A stretch of DNA of 64,000 bases. Source: Eledone cirrhosa. Taxonomy: Eukaryota. The notes under the pieces are model-generated. The model was given only the letters and a program-made list of their open reading frames with translations, was not told the origin of the DNA and did no database searches. Shown here piece after piece: positions 42,211 to 54,997 of this stretch (its first letter is position 1; each line of letters starts with the position of its first letter). The stretch spans positions 281,294,001-281,358,000 of the forward strand of contig OZ024742.1 of assembly GCA_964016885.1 (NCBI GenBank), given 5' to 3'. A program made the translations under genes and the position numbers.

Positions 42211-43200
42211 TAAAATTCCGTAATAACGAAATTCACGGGGCATAAAAAAAACATTTTATTTAACGAAAAATTCGTTATATCGAGATCGACCGAAACAAAT
42301 CGAGCGTTTGTTTGTTATTACCTCGTACTTAATTAAACAATAAATGAATGAAAGCCTAACTGCAATATGAATGTATCTGCTAACTGTCAGAGCTATTGAA
42401 AATATATGATATTTTCTGGAATATACAGTGACTGATCGGTCGCATTTTCATATTAGCAGACTGCTGATCAGCTAGATCTGCATATTAAACAGTATACGGT
42501 AGTGATGAAGGGTAATAACCCAGAAACATTAGTATTTGCCGTTCTGTTTAAATGCCAACACAAAAGCAAAATTGACGGGTATCATTCTACTGACATGTTT
42601 TAAGAGGCTGTTTGCATAATTTCTAATGTTTCTTTGGTCCGATTTGACGAGATCAACTCGACTCGGCAAGCGAAATATATCTGGGATCTCGTCAATCGAT
42701 GAAACTGGGTGATGTGTTTAGAAATTGTTAAAGGGAATTATTCTTTAATGATGAAATTTAGAAAATATTTCGAATTTCTTGTTTTGACTCTAAATATAGG
42801 TAATGTCAGCAATTTCGTCATACGTTGATTAATATCTCATGAACATACACCCTACTAAAAACTGTTCTATGGTTCCATTCCATTTTGATGCTGCTTAAAC
42901 TAAATGTATGAAGATGTTTGATGGTAACTTTGTACTTGAAGGACAATGAAAATATTCTCGGAAAGTCTCGCGAAAATCACACACGGGATTTGATATAATT
43001 TTCCTTTGTAGAACAAAATACACCGATCAACTAACAGTAGCGCTGTGTATTTTTAATAGTTTATTGTATTTATATGTCAGTAGAAAGAGCTGTCCGGCTG
43101 GAACTTGGAAATTCTGCCAATTCTGCTAAGTTATATGATGGATTCAATAAGATACTTTCCGTTTTTTTAAATCTTGTCAGATTGAATACTTTAGTATGTA

Positions 43201-43283
<83 letters not shown>

Positions 43284-43740
43284 GTATATATATATATACA
43301 TATGTAGAGAGAGAGAGGATGAGAGAGAGAGTAAGAGAAAGGGAAAGAGAGAAAGAGGAATAGAGAGAGAAAAGGAAAGGTATAGAGAAAGAGGGGTTGA
43401 GGAGAAACATTTATCCGAATAGTTAAATATATGATAGACATGGAGCTAGAAAACTAAATATGTTCGCATATATCTGAAGTTAAACTATTCATAGTTAACA
43501 TTTTTATTGATAATCTAACATAAAATCAAAACCATACGGAATCTCGAACTAAACGCAACTAATTCACGTACATGCATATATACATATCCATTCAAATACT
43601 ATATTTAATACCCATAATCCCACACATCACAACCAACCAATAACAATTCTTACACACATATTCAGCATTCAAAGAAGAAAAACAAAATTCGCCAAGAATA
43701 TTTCAAGAACATCTCGGTTGATAACGAGGTCTTTTATTTA
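42208..43740. mobile_element. Possible pogo/Tigger-like DNA transposon remnant
   Basis: TA|CAGTAAAATTCCGTAATAACG left TIR, subterminal TTCGTTATATCGAG; weak right end TTGATAACGAGGTCTTTTATT; no transposase recognised. Confidence 0.4.
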
Positions 43741-43776
43741 AAATACGAAAGTGTCTACACAGAAACACACGCACAC

Positions 43777-43865
<89 letters not shown>

Positions 43866-43990
43866 GATTGATATATATAGATATATAAATAGATATAAAC
43901 ATATGTATATACTTATATATATATTCATATATATATATACATAAATATATATACACACGTACACCCCATATATATATACATACATATATA

Positions 43991-44025
<35 letters not shown>

Positions 44026-44244
44026 TATTTTCTTCTATGAGTTGCATATGTTTAAATGTTAAATATATATAGAATAATTTCAAGAAAATAATAGGTAAAA
44101 TTCAGCATCACGTAAGCTAGCGCTAAATTTGAACGAATAGAAAACAATAAAAATTAATAATAAAAAATCTGAAGGACCGATTCAAATAATTCAATACAAT
44201 CTAACACACACATATATACATATGTGTGGCGCGCGTGCGCGCGC

Positions 44245-44333
<89 letters not shown>

Positions 44334-45239
44334 TATATGTATATATGTATTTAGATTGTATATATATATTATATGACCTCTCTTGTAAGTTCAGATGTGT
44401 TCTTTGATTACATTTGTCTCTGTGTGTGCTGCTGTGAGTCTTTAAGTGGTCTATCCCTGTACTCATGTGTATGTATGCCTTTGTAAGTCCGAATTTATAG
44501 TTACATATTGCTTGTTGTCAGTGAGTATTTGTGTTTGCATATACGTATGCGTCAGTATAGAATGCTTCATATGTTTCTTTCTATGTGTTATTATAGAATA
44601 TTCTATGCATGTTAGCAAAAATCTATACTTATGTACACACATATATACAAATATATAGATGATATACATATATATATGTATGTGTGTGTGGTTTTGTGTG
44701 TCTGTGTGTGTGCCTGTGTGTGTGTATGTGTGTGTATGTATATATGTAAAACATGTATACATATGTGTATATATGTATGTAAAACACATATATATATATA
44801 TACATATAAAGACAAAGGTGGGAAACGTGGTAAGAGGAAAACAAAATAAGGAAGGAAATAGAGGAAACTAGACGAGAGATAAGGGTATAATAGAAAAAAG
44901 GTGAGAGGGAGTCATCTTTGTTATTGACCTGAACTGCACAAGACATTTCGCAATAAACTTGATAGAATCCTATTCTTCTTGAGACAGTGTATTATCTGAA
45001 TGCATGCACACACACATACATGCATACATACATACTCACATATATACACACACACATACACATATGTATATACACCTAATTTTGGATATGCATGATGCTA
45101 AACATGATGCTAAACATCCTCATGAACAACATGCTTTAAGTTTGGTAGCTAATGTTTGGGGGTCTATATTAAATTTTGTGGTAGGTGCTGGTATCTACTT
45201 TTATATGTATTTGTAATATTATTTGAAAGAAGCCTGAAA

Positions 45240-45900
45240 TGTATGAATGATGCTATGTTCCTATTGTTTCCCTTTCTTATAAGAATGAACACATATTATC
45301 CGTGAACATTTAGAGATCGTATGTCTTTTTTTAGCACGTTCTTGAAAGGCGTTCATGTGAGAAGGAATATTCCTTTTTTAATATCTGGAAAAAGTCCCTT
45401 CTCTAAATCTTCCAATAGTTTATTACTCACCTTGTCCTCCAGCCATATCTTTCGTAACATGAAGCATATGTTGAGATATCGAAGAAATAAATTTTCCAGC
45501 GCATTCGATTTGTGAAGTCTTCCAGTACTTTTTTTAGTTTTCACTTTAGATTAAGCATTTTATAAAACAGATATTTCTATGGGGGATATGGGTGTTCTTC
45601 TTAAGATCGAGTGGTGATATATCTTCCATTTTAAGTATTCTGTGAAAAGTTTACTGTAATAAATTACCACATGCATATGTCTCTTGAATGCAATGAATGG
45701 AATACAAAGAACCTCACTAACTGTTTCAGTTCTCCGATCAAAGAAGCAACCTGCTCATGAAATTATCGTACAATTGGCTGAAAATCCTGAGGACACGTAT
45801 ACACTTACGGTAGTTATCCGGGAAATTCAGCGGGTCAAAATGTGTGACAAGGCTGATGATTTGAATTCGAGGTACTCAAGCAAATGCATTCCATAAATCT
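45240..45900 (-). mobile_element. Ancient RTE-like LINE C-terminal remnant
   Basis: MLRKIWLEDKVSNKLL..LFPDIKK resembles the RTE MLRIxWxDKVSN motif. Confidence 0.4.
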
Positions 45901-46091
45901 ATAGTAAAGTCCATTCAGTAGAATTATACAATACAGTACAAGAGGAAATACTAATCACGCCATTCAATACCTAAATATTCCAACGCAATTATCTTCTAAA
46001 TCTCGTCTATCTTTTTATTTCTTCTTCTATCTTTTAATGAAGGTTTAACGTCCGAAAAGTTGGGACTTTTTTCTGCTATGTCAAACGTTTA

Positions 46092-46270
46092 GGCAGTATT
46101 GGTAGAGTGTCGGATGCCATGCTTTGGCGCATAGAGTTACGGCCCTTGCCATTCTGAGTTCAAATCCCGCGAAGGTTAACTTTGCCTTTCATCCTTACGG
46201 GGTCGATAAAATAAAGTACCAGTAATACACTGGTTGATTGCTGGCCTTGTGTCTAACGTAGAAACAATTA
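46092..46270 (+). mobile_element. tRNA-derived SINE
   Basis: B box GAGTTCAAATCC and family core. Confidence 0.9.
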
Positions 46271-46344
46271 TATCATTGTAGTGTATATTTGCCTGTTTTG
46301 TTTTTCCCTGTTGAACTTTTCATATATATATATTATATTATATT

Positions 46345-46919
46345 ATATATATATATATATAAAAGAGAGTATTGAAGTTTGCTTGAAGCATTGTGGAATA
46401 ATAAAAAGTTTGATCGTTTTGGAAGCCTCAACAATGCAGATGAGTAAGTCTCCGGGTAACAGAATCCGGAGGTGAAGAGAGAGATGTAAGAGGAAATGTA
46501 GAATGAGATGTATAGTGTGTAGAGGAACGTAGGAAAGAGCGTAAAAATAAAAATAATAACACGAGATAGAGTTACCTTGGGAGAGATTTAATTGTCCCTG
46601 TATTTCGGATTTAAACTGGGAGGTTTTCCGATGGGGAAAGTTATCTGTCGGAGAGCAACGGTACGTGGCCTCTGTTGTCCGTCGTTTGTGTGTAAATGAG
46701 ATATTCTGTAGAGCGCGCGTGCGCGTGGAATAGGTGCGGTCAAGCAAAGGTCGAGGCAGCTCCTCTTTATTGTGGGAGTGGGATGGTGCTAGCTGTCAAT
46801 CCATTATACTACCTATATTCAGTCTTTGTTACTGGCAGTGTAGTAGTCTGTTTAGTCGATTGTTGGTCGATGGAGGGTGAGGACGCTATACGCACAATAA
46901 CAATCGTTTGAATGCCACT

Positions 46920-46993
<74 letters not shown>

Positions 46994-48121
46994 GCTGTTG
47001 ACTCGTTTGTTTACATCAGCCACCTCGTCTCGCTTCTCTCGGATCGGTTATTTATTTGTGATCCTAAGCGTTTGATCCAAAGTGCTTCCTTAATTCGTAA
47101 CGTGCCGACGTTGCCTTCTGTCGCTAACACTGTGATAATGGGCCTTCCGTCTTTGTTTCCGCATTTGGTTATGTGTTTCCGGAAAGACGTGGCCCTGGTG
47201 CTCCTTGATCCGGATATGTAGCGGCCGGATTGTGCCACCGATATAGTAGTCGTTGCACTTGTCACATTCTACCCTGTATACAACGTATGTGCGTAAGCAA
47301 CAGTTCGTTTGACGCATCAGACAGTTTTTGAGGGAACACGCGTCAGTCGATTTCCCTGGTTTCCTGGAGAGGCATCTCTGTAGGGACGGGCGCGAGTGGT
47401 GGTTTTCTCGCCCAGGTGCGGGATTTTAAGGAAGCACCTGCCTTGGGTGTTTCTCTGTCTCTTGCCTCTGGTGTCTCTTACTCTGTTTGTAAACGAGGCT
47501 AGGCATCCGTTCGTCTCCAGCACCCTGAGGAACCGCTTGGTGTGGGTGACACCACTCACGGGATCGCTACGTCTGTTTTTAATTCGCGTGATCCTCTTTT
47601 AGCACTGTTAGGGAGTGCAGACTTGTAGTGGACGAAGAGGTCCCTGCAGGCTGCTTTGCGGTAGAAGTTGGTGTCGATCCCTCCCTGCTCCGTGATGTTG
47701 ATTCGGAAGTCGAGGAGGGCAAAAGACCCGTCGTCGTTGGGGTGTTCAACACTGAAATCAATATTCTCGTCCGTGTTGTTGAACGTCTCATAAATTCCGC
47801 TCGCCATCTCCTGGGAAGATGTGAGGATGAGGATGTCGTCCAGGTACCTTGTGAAGAAGGCGACGGTGTTGGAGAGGCGGGTGTTGAGTGCCTTGCGCTC
47901 GAGGCTGTCCATGTATGAGATCGCTAGCACACCCGACAGGCTTGAAGCCATGGGCAGCCCCTAGTTTTGCCGGTATGTTTGGTCGAGAAAACCGAAATAC
48001 GTGTTGTCAACGACGACGGATATAAGCTGGTGGATGTCAGTGGGGGTGAGCCCGAAGCAGTGTAGAACGGTTGATTGCACGAGTTCCATCAGTATATAAA
48101 CGGCCGGGAGCACTGGGACCG

Positions 48122-48123
<2 letters not shown>
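46345..48123 (-). mobile_element. 5'-truncated GC-rich PLE (non-Naiad): RT plus GIY-YIG pseudo-ORF 47011-48120 and 3' region
   Basis: NTYFGFLDQTYRQN*GLPMASSLSGVLA..FTRYLDDI..FSVEHP..LLDFRI..FYRK..VHYKSALP; VVYRVECDKCNDYYIGGTIRPLHIRIKEH; LRIKEALWI..INNRSE. Confidence 0.92.
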
Positions 48124-48208
<85 letters not shown>

Positions 48209-48222
48209 TATATATATAATGT

Positions 48223-48253
<31 letters not shown>

Positions 48254-48337
48254 AATATATTTATAATATATACATATATATATATGTATATATTTATAAT
48301 ATATACATATATATATGTATATATATATATATGTATT

Positions 48338-48385
<48 letters not shown>

Positions 48386-48407
48386 TATATATATATTATA
48401 TATATAT

Positions 48408-48439
<32 letters not shown>

Positions 48440-48446
48440 ATATGTA

Positions 48447-48497
48447 ATATAAAATCAAAAAATGCTTAAAAGAGTTCCATGTATATTATATAATATA

Positions 48498-48530
<33 letters not shown>

Positions 48531-48713
48531 ACGAGGGAAATGTGGTAAGGAACCAGGTGGACCATAACGCACCAAAGTACTCAATACTTGAGGTAGTAGA
48601 GTGTGTAATAGGAACCAGTAAGACCCCGACAGCTGAGCTCAAGCCGTTTCGACGGCTAATTCAGAATTAGCCGTCGAAACGGCTTGAGCTCAGCTGTCGG
48701 GGTCTTACTGGTT

Positions 48714-48757
<44 letters not shown>

Positions 48758-48784
48758 ATATATAATATAAAATCAAAAAATGCT

Positions 48785-48842
<58 letters not shown>

Positions 48843-48900
48843 ATATATAATATAAAATCAAAAAATGCTTAAAAGAGTTCCATGTATATTATATATTATA

Positions 48901-48933
<33 letters not shown>

Positions 48934-49116
48934 ACGAGGGAAATGTGGTAAGGAACCAGGTGGACCATAACGCACCAAAGTACTCAATACTTGAGGTAGT
49001 AGAGTGTGTAATAGGAACCAGTAAGACCCCGACAGCTGAGCTCAAGCCGTTTCGACGGCTAATTCAGAATTAGCCGTCGAAACGGCTTGAGCTCAGCTGT
49101 CGGGGTCTTACTGGTT

Positions 49117-49158
<42 letters not shown>

Positions 49159-49185
49159 ATATATAATATAAAATCAAAAAATGCT

Positions 49186-49243
<58 letters not shown>

Positions 49244-49301
49244 ATATATAATATAAAATCAAAAAATGCTTAAAAGAGTTCCATGTATATTATATATTAT
49301 A

Positions 49302-49334
<33 letters not shown>

Positions 49335-49517
49335 ACGAGGGAAATGTGGTAAGGAACCAGGTGGACCATAACGCACCAAAGTACTCAATACTTGAGGTAG
49401 TAGAGTGTGTAATAGGAACCAGTAAGACCCCGACAGCTGAGCTCAAGCCGTTTCGACGGCTAATTCAGAATTAGCCGTCGAAACGGCTTGAGCTCAGCTG
49501 TCGGGGTCTTACTGGTT

Positions 49518-49576
<59 letters not shown>

Positions 49577-49600
49577 AAATCAAAAAATGCTTAAAAGAGT
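48447..49600. repeat. Three near-identical tandem units of about 401-403 bp, each with a palindrome (55-bp arms, 1-nt spacer) and (TA)n
   Basis: Identical ORFs at 48882 and 49283; palindrome centre CTAATTC-A-GAATTAG. Confidence 0.9.
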
Positions 49601-52600
49601 TCCATTTATTTTATTATGCGCATTTCAAAAACAAATATCATCATTGTATGATATTTGCGGTTCTCATCAGATAAAGTAGGGAGACATGATATGAAGCTTA
49701 AAAAACACTTGCGAGCAGTGAAGTGTTAAATCAACATATGAAAAATAAAATAAGATGGATATATGAGATTGGGAAAAAAGGAAAGGAAGAAAGAATATAA
49801 TAAGAAAAATAATTAATAATAAGGAAAGGCTGACGGGGGATGAGTATAAGAAGGAAGGATGAGAGAGGAGGAGAAATGAGTGAGAGTGAGAGAGAGATAA
49901 CCTTTAATACTGAGAGACACTGATTCTCAGAGAGAAATTTTAAAAAACCGTTGTAAGATAATACATAATTTTTTAAAAAATTAAGAAATTAAAAGTTACT
50001 GAGGTTTATGAATTGTGATGCTTATGAAAAAGGAATTAAGAATACTATTTATTTAAGGTTTATATATCGAAGGGTTTAATAATATGTGGGAAAAGGAATT
50101 TATTAAAATGTATTATTAAAATAAAATATATTAAGAAGATAAACTAAATGAAGATAAGGTTAAATGAATTATGAACTTAGAGGAATTAATTAGGGTCCAA
50201 GTTAGCTTCTATATATTGTAATAGGAAAAAGTAAATAATAGGTATAATACGAGCACGGAAGGAGAGAAGAAAGAAGAAATTCAAGAAAGAAAAAATCTTT
50301 AACGTCAAAAAAATATATATTTACAAAATCTCACTAATGGTAATATTAGTATATATTCAAAATAAAAATGTGTATGGCCGAGAATATAAGGAAAATGCTA
50401 TAGTGAGCTATAATATGAATTAAGAAGTAATTGAGAAATAAAAGTTGTAGATTAAAGATTAGAAATTAAAAAAGAAGAAAAAGAGGGGACCGCTAACGAC
50501 ATAGTATGAGTAATATTGTATAATATAAAGTGCATTATTGTAATAATTGACTTTAGCGTCACAGATAACTGTATTAGATAAAAAAAAAAGAATCTGAAAT
50601 CTATCTTCTAATAAAATTATCTTTGACGCTAAAGCCAATTATTACAATAATGCGCTTTCCGGAGCAGGTTATACTGAAAAAATTAAATACAGTAAAGAAA
50701 CCAATGATCGAGGGACTTATAGTAACATAGTTAGTTATAAGCATTCCAAAAACATAAAGAAAAGACCTAGATATAAAAATATGATTTGGTACAACGCTCC
50801 TTTTTCTCTATATATTATTAGTAATATTCCTAAACTATTTTTTAGGGCCTTAGATAAATGCTTCCCTCCTTCGCATATTTATAGTAAGATCCTTAATAAA
50901 CATACAATTAAATTCTCTTATTCCACCACTTCCAACATCTCTAACATTATCTCAAAACATAATAATAAAATATTAAGTAATAAATTTATCCATCCAACAC
51001 TGAGCGTCATAATAATAGCAATAGTAAACCCGACGTCAATGTTAACTCTAGGCTAGATTCCGTAAATCTAAATACGACGTCAAACATAACTTTGTCGAAT
51101 GTTCATAATACCAATCTAAATCAGGAAACTTTAGCACCTATCGTAAATAACTTCTCCAATACAATTCCTTCTATAAATAATACTGGGTCACTTGCTAATA
51201 ACTCTGGTAATTTTTCTAATCGTAATTGCAATTGCCCTATTAGAACTAAATGTCCTCTTAGTAACCAATGTCTTGATAACAATTTAGTGTATGAATGTAA
51301 GGTTATAACTGGTACTAATTCTTTTACCTATTTTGGTTCCACTTCCATTTCCTTTAAAGCAAGATTTTATAATCACAATTCTTCTTTTAAATACCAACTT
51401 AAAAGAACTAACCCAGCACTCTCAGAACTCATATGGTCCTTAAAGGACAAAAATATTAAATGCAACATTTCTTGGAGGAAGGTTTGCAACGCCTCTCGTT
51501 ACCTCAATTCTTCCCTATCCAGAACGTGTAATCTCTGCCTAGCGGAGAAATTTACCATTGTCTCTAATTTTAATTCTATAATAAATAGACGTACGGATTT
51601 ATTTTCGCTCTGCTTGCATAAATCCCATAGAACTTTCCATAAAGTATACAACTAATGTCTTACTACCTAATTAGTTTAAAATCTTCTTTTCTCAAACGCT
51701 TTCATATTTTTTACAAATATACCCATCTTTCTACCTTATTTCAGTATATTATACAATATTACTCATACTATATCTTTAGCGGTCCCCTATTTTTCTTCTT
51801 TTTCTTCTTTTTTAATTTCTAATCTTTAATCTGCAACTTTTACTACTCAATTACTTCTTAATTCATATTATAACTCACTATAGCATTTTCCTTATATTCT
51901 CGGCCATACAAATGTTTATTTTTAATATATACTAATATTTCCATTAGTGAAATTTTGTAAATATATATTTTTTTGACGTTATATATTTTTTCTTCCTTGA
52001 ATTTCTCCTTCCTTGCTCGTATTATACCTATTATTTACTTTTTCCTATTACAATATATAGAAACAAACTTGGACCCTAATTAATTTCTCTAAGTTCATAA
52101 TTCATTTAACCTTATCTTCATTCAGCTTATCTTCTTAATATATTTTATTTTAATAATACATTTTAATAAATTCCTTTTCGCACGTATTATTAAACCCTTC
52201 AATATATAAACCTTAAATAAATACTATTCTTAATTCCTTTTTCTTTAATCATAAGCATCACCATTCATAAACCTCAGTAACTTTTAATTTATTAATTTTT
52301 TTTTAAATTATGTATTATCTTACAACGTTTTTTTTTATTTCTCTCTGTGAGACAGTGTTTCTCAGTATCAAAGGTTATCTCTCTCTCTCTCTCACTCATT
52401 TTCTCCTCCTCTCTCATCCTTCCTTCTTATACTCCTCCTCCGTCATCCTTTCCTTATTATTATATATTTTTTCTTATTATATTCTTTCTTCCTCTTCCTT
52501 ACCTATTCCTTCCACCCTTCCTTTCCTTTTTTCACAATCTCATATATCCATCTTATTTTATTTTTCATATGTTGATTTAACACTTCACTGCTCGCAAGTG

Positions 52601-52822
52601 TTTTTTAAGCTTCATATAATGTCTCCCTATTTTATCTGATGAGAACGCAAATATCATCCCATGATGATATTTGTTTTTGTAATGCGCATAATAAAATACA
52701 TGGAACTCTTTTAACCATCTTTTGATTTTATATTATTTATACTCCAGTCCTATAAACTATTGAGTGCTACTTATCCGATATTTGCATTGCTTTATTGTGC
52801 TACAATAATACTCACCTCCTAC

Positions 52823-52823
<1 letters not shown>
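49570..52823 (+). mobile_element. Naiad-type PLE with inverted 3' region of about 1 kb (49570-50527 vs 51745-52737), endonuclease pseudo-ORF 50599-51655, HHRs at about 49608-49678 (minus) and 52628-52698 (plus, GAAA>GTAA), tail to 52823
   Basis: MIWYNAPFS..CNCPIRTKCPLSNQC..YFGSTSISFKARFYNH..CNLCLAEK; arms are reverse-complementary with scattered mismatches. Confidence 0.92.
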
Positions 52824-52865
<42 letters not shown>

Positions 52866-52867
52866 TA

Positions 52868-53137
52868 TAAAACGACTAATCAGTGATGCATTTGAACTCA
52901 ATTTATTGTGTGTTACAATTGTTTCGCCGGGGGACAGCTCGAGAAGCGATCATTGTGTAGATCATTGTGTGGATTCTCACTTAGAGAATATGCTCCGAAA
53001 TCATTAGACGTGTCCGTCGAACTTGGGGGTCCAGAATCAGACAGATCCACACAATGATCGCGTCTCGAGCTTTCCGCCGGCGAAACAATTGTAACACACA
53101 ATAAATTGAGTTCAGATGCATCACTGATTTTACGTTA
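52868..53137. mobile_element. Inverted pseudo-LTR pair with variant HHR (53010-53098 plus)
   Basis: GTGT-CCGTCGA-...AGAC-A-GATC-loop-GATC-GC-GTCT...GGC-GAAA-C-AATT-G-TA-ACAC-AC-AATAAA. Confidence 0.7.
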
Positions 53138-53170
53138 TATATATATATATATATAATATATATATATTTA

Positions 53171-54390
53171 TCACTTTCACCTTATATCTGGAGTCTAAAA
53201 GACAACCACGCCCAGTATAAGTTACACTGGGAGATCCTAGCTAGGGCTAAATCGTATAACGGAAATAAAAGACCATGTGACCTCTGAGGCCCTGGAAATA
53301 CTCTACGCCACAGACCACATCTTAAACAAAAAATCTGAGGCAATTTCGGCTTGTAAACATAAATTGCACAAAACTTTCCTCTATTACAGCCCCACGTTAT
53401 ACCCTAACGGATAGTACGATCTATACGTGGATATTTTACGTCTTGATGTGGGAGCTAAATATATATCTTGTTTATACCTTTACTTATTTGCATAGGTAAG
53501 TATATATTACCTTTATGTTTTGTGAAGGTACGTATACCTTCTCGTACGTATATTTGATTGTTATGGCGTATAATTTTATATATTCTGGTACATATGGTTT
53601 GGCTATGTGTATACGGGAGTTTTGCGTCTGTGTGAGTATGCAGGTTCGTACGTATGTAGGGTGTGTGTATTGTGTACCTCATGTTATGGTTGACTTACGT
53701 CTCCGAACATTCGTGTATTTACATGTAGGTATGTGTGTGCGCTTGTTATATAAGTATTTATTTATTTATATACGTTTATATAATTATTTATTTATGTGTA
53801 TACACGCATACACACACACACATATTTATATGTGCGTGGTTTTGTATACCTATGGTAAGTTTTTGCGTATGCTTGTGTATGTACGTATCTGTTTGCGTGT
53901 ATGTATTTATTTATTTCTATTACTTCTGTATTGTATTTATTTACTTTGTTCTTTACTCTGTAGCGGAGATTCATTCGGTCTCCTACTTAGAATTTTAGTT
54001 TACGACTTCTGCTATACCATTTACGTGGTTTTGTCTTTGCGTGCTATTCTTCTCCACGCTCCTCATATGACGTATTATCTTCGTTTTTTTCGTTCATTAC
54101 CAGAGAACATCTCTATGCACCACCAAAGAGAACATTAGCCTACGACCTCTTTTATACCATAAACGTGGTTCTGTCTTTGCGCGTAATTGTTTTTCACCGC
54201 TCCTATTAATGACGTATTATATTCGTTTTTTCCCGTTCTTTGCCAGGGAACGCTTCCACGAACCAAAGTATCGTCTTCCTGTCTTCCTCCGGTTGCAACG
54301 TTTTTTGAAATATCCAGTTCTGCGTTTACAGATTGACTTTGTTACTCGAGCCCTCTTTGGATTTTAGTCTTCAAATTTATTATTATTACT
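53171..54390 (+). mobile_element. Naiad-type PLE extreme 3' remnant
   Basis: SLSPYIWSLKDNHAQYKLHWEILARAKSY..CDL / EALEIL..LNKKSEAISACKHK; TG-rich 3' region with a tandem duplication of about 140 bp. Confidence 0.8.
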
Positions 54391-54419
54391 CTATATATAT
54401 ATATAGAGAGAGAGATTTT

Positions 54420-54910
54420 GAGTTTATGTTGGTTGTATACCAACACCTCAGTATGCAGGCTGGAGCACTCGACGAAGTGCGCAGGTTGGTTTGGTTACTC
54501 CGGAGTAGTGTAAAATAAAGTTAAATAAAAGTCAAATGATTAAAATTTAGCTTCGTTTATTACTGCTATATATATTTCAGTGACAGCCATCTTTGGCTGT
54601 GACCTCTTCAGGCAGTTTGAATTAGTATGGTATAGACAAGTACATATGTTGTTTAGGTGTATAATATTGTCAATACTCTGATATGCCCAGTTCCTTGTTG
54701 GGTTGTTAATTCACTGAATTAACAACCCAACAAGGAACTGGGCATATCAGAGTATTGACAATATTATACACCTAAACAACATATGTACTTGTCTATACCA
54801 TACTAATTCAAACTGCCTGAAGAGGTCACAGCCAAAGATGGCTGTCACTGAAATATATATAGCAGTAATAAACGAAGCTAAATTTTAATCATTTGACTTT
54901 TATTTAACTT

Positions 54911-54917
<7 letters not shown>
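54420..54917. mobile_element. Perfect fold-back palindrome (54511-54917, 1-nt spacer at 54714) plus tail 54420-54510
   Basis: Centre GTTAATTCA-C-TGAATTAAC; HHR on both strands. Confidence 0.9.
54812..54866 (+). ncRNA. Type I hammerhead ribozyme, AUA site (mirror copy at 54562-54616 minus)
   Basis: ACTGC-CTGAAGA-GGT-C-ACAGCCA-AAGA-TGGCTGT-C-ACT-GAAA-T-ATAT-A-TA-GCAGT-AATAAA. Confidence 0.9.

Positions 54918-54997
<80 letters not shown>

Noticed and set aside
48447-49600. CRISPR-like array of palindromic repeats
   Set aside because: Units are about 400 bp with identical rather than unique spacers; eukaryotic context with no cas genes.
53276-53290. TGT GAC CTC TGA: apparent CxxU selenocysteine codon in a Naiad endonuclease (some Naiads are reported to be selenoproteins)
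   Set aside because: The downstream conserved EALEIL is in another frame; an 8-nt deletion joining CTC T to GAG GCC explains the TGA. No SECIS was identified by eye.
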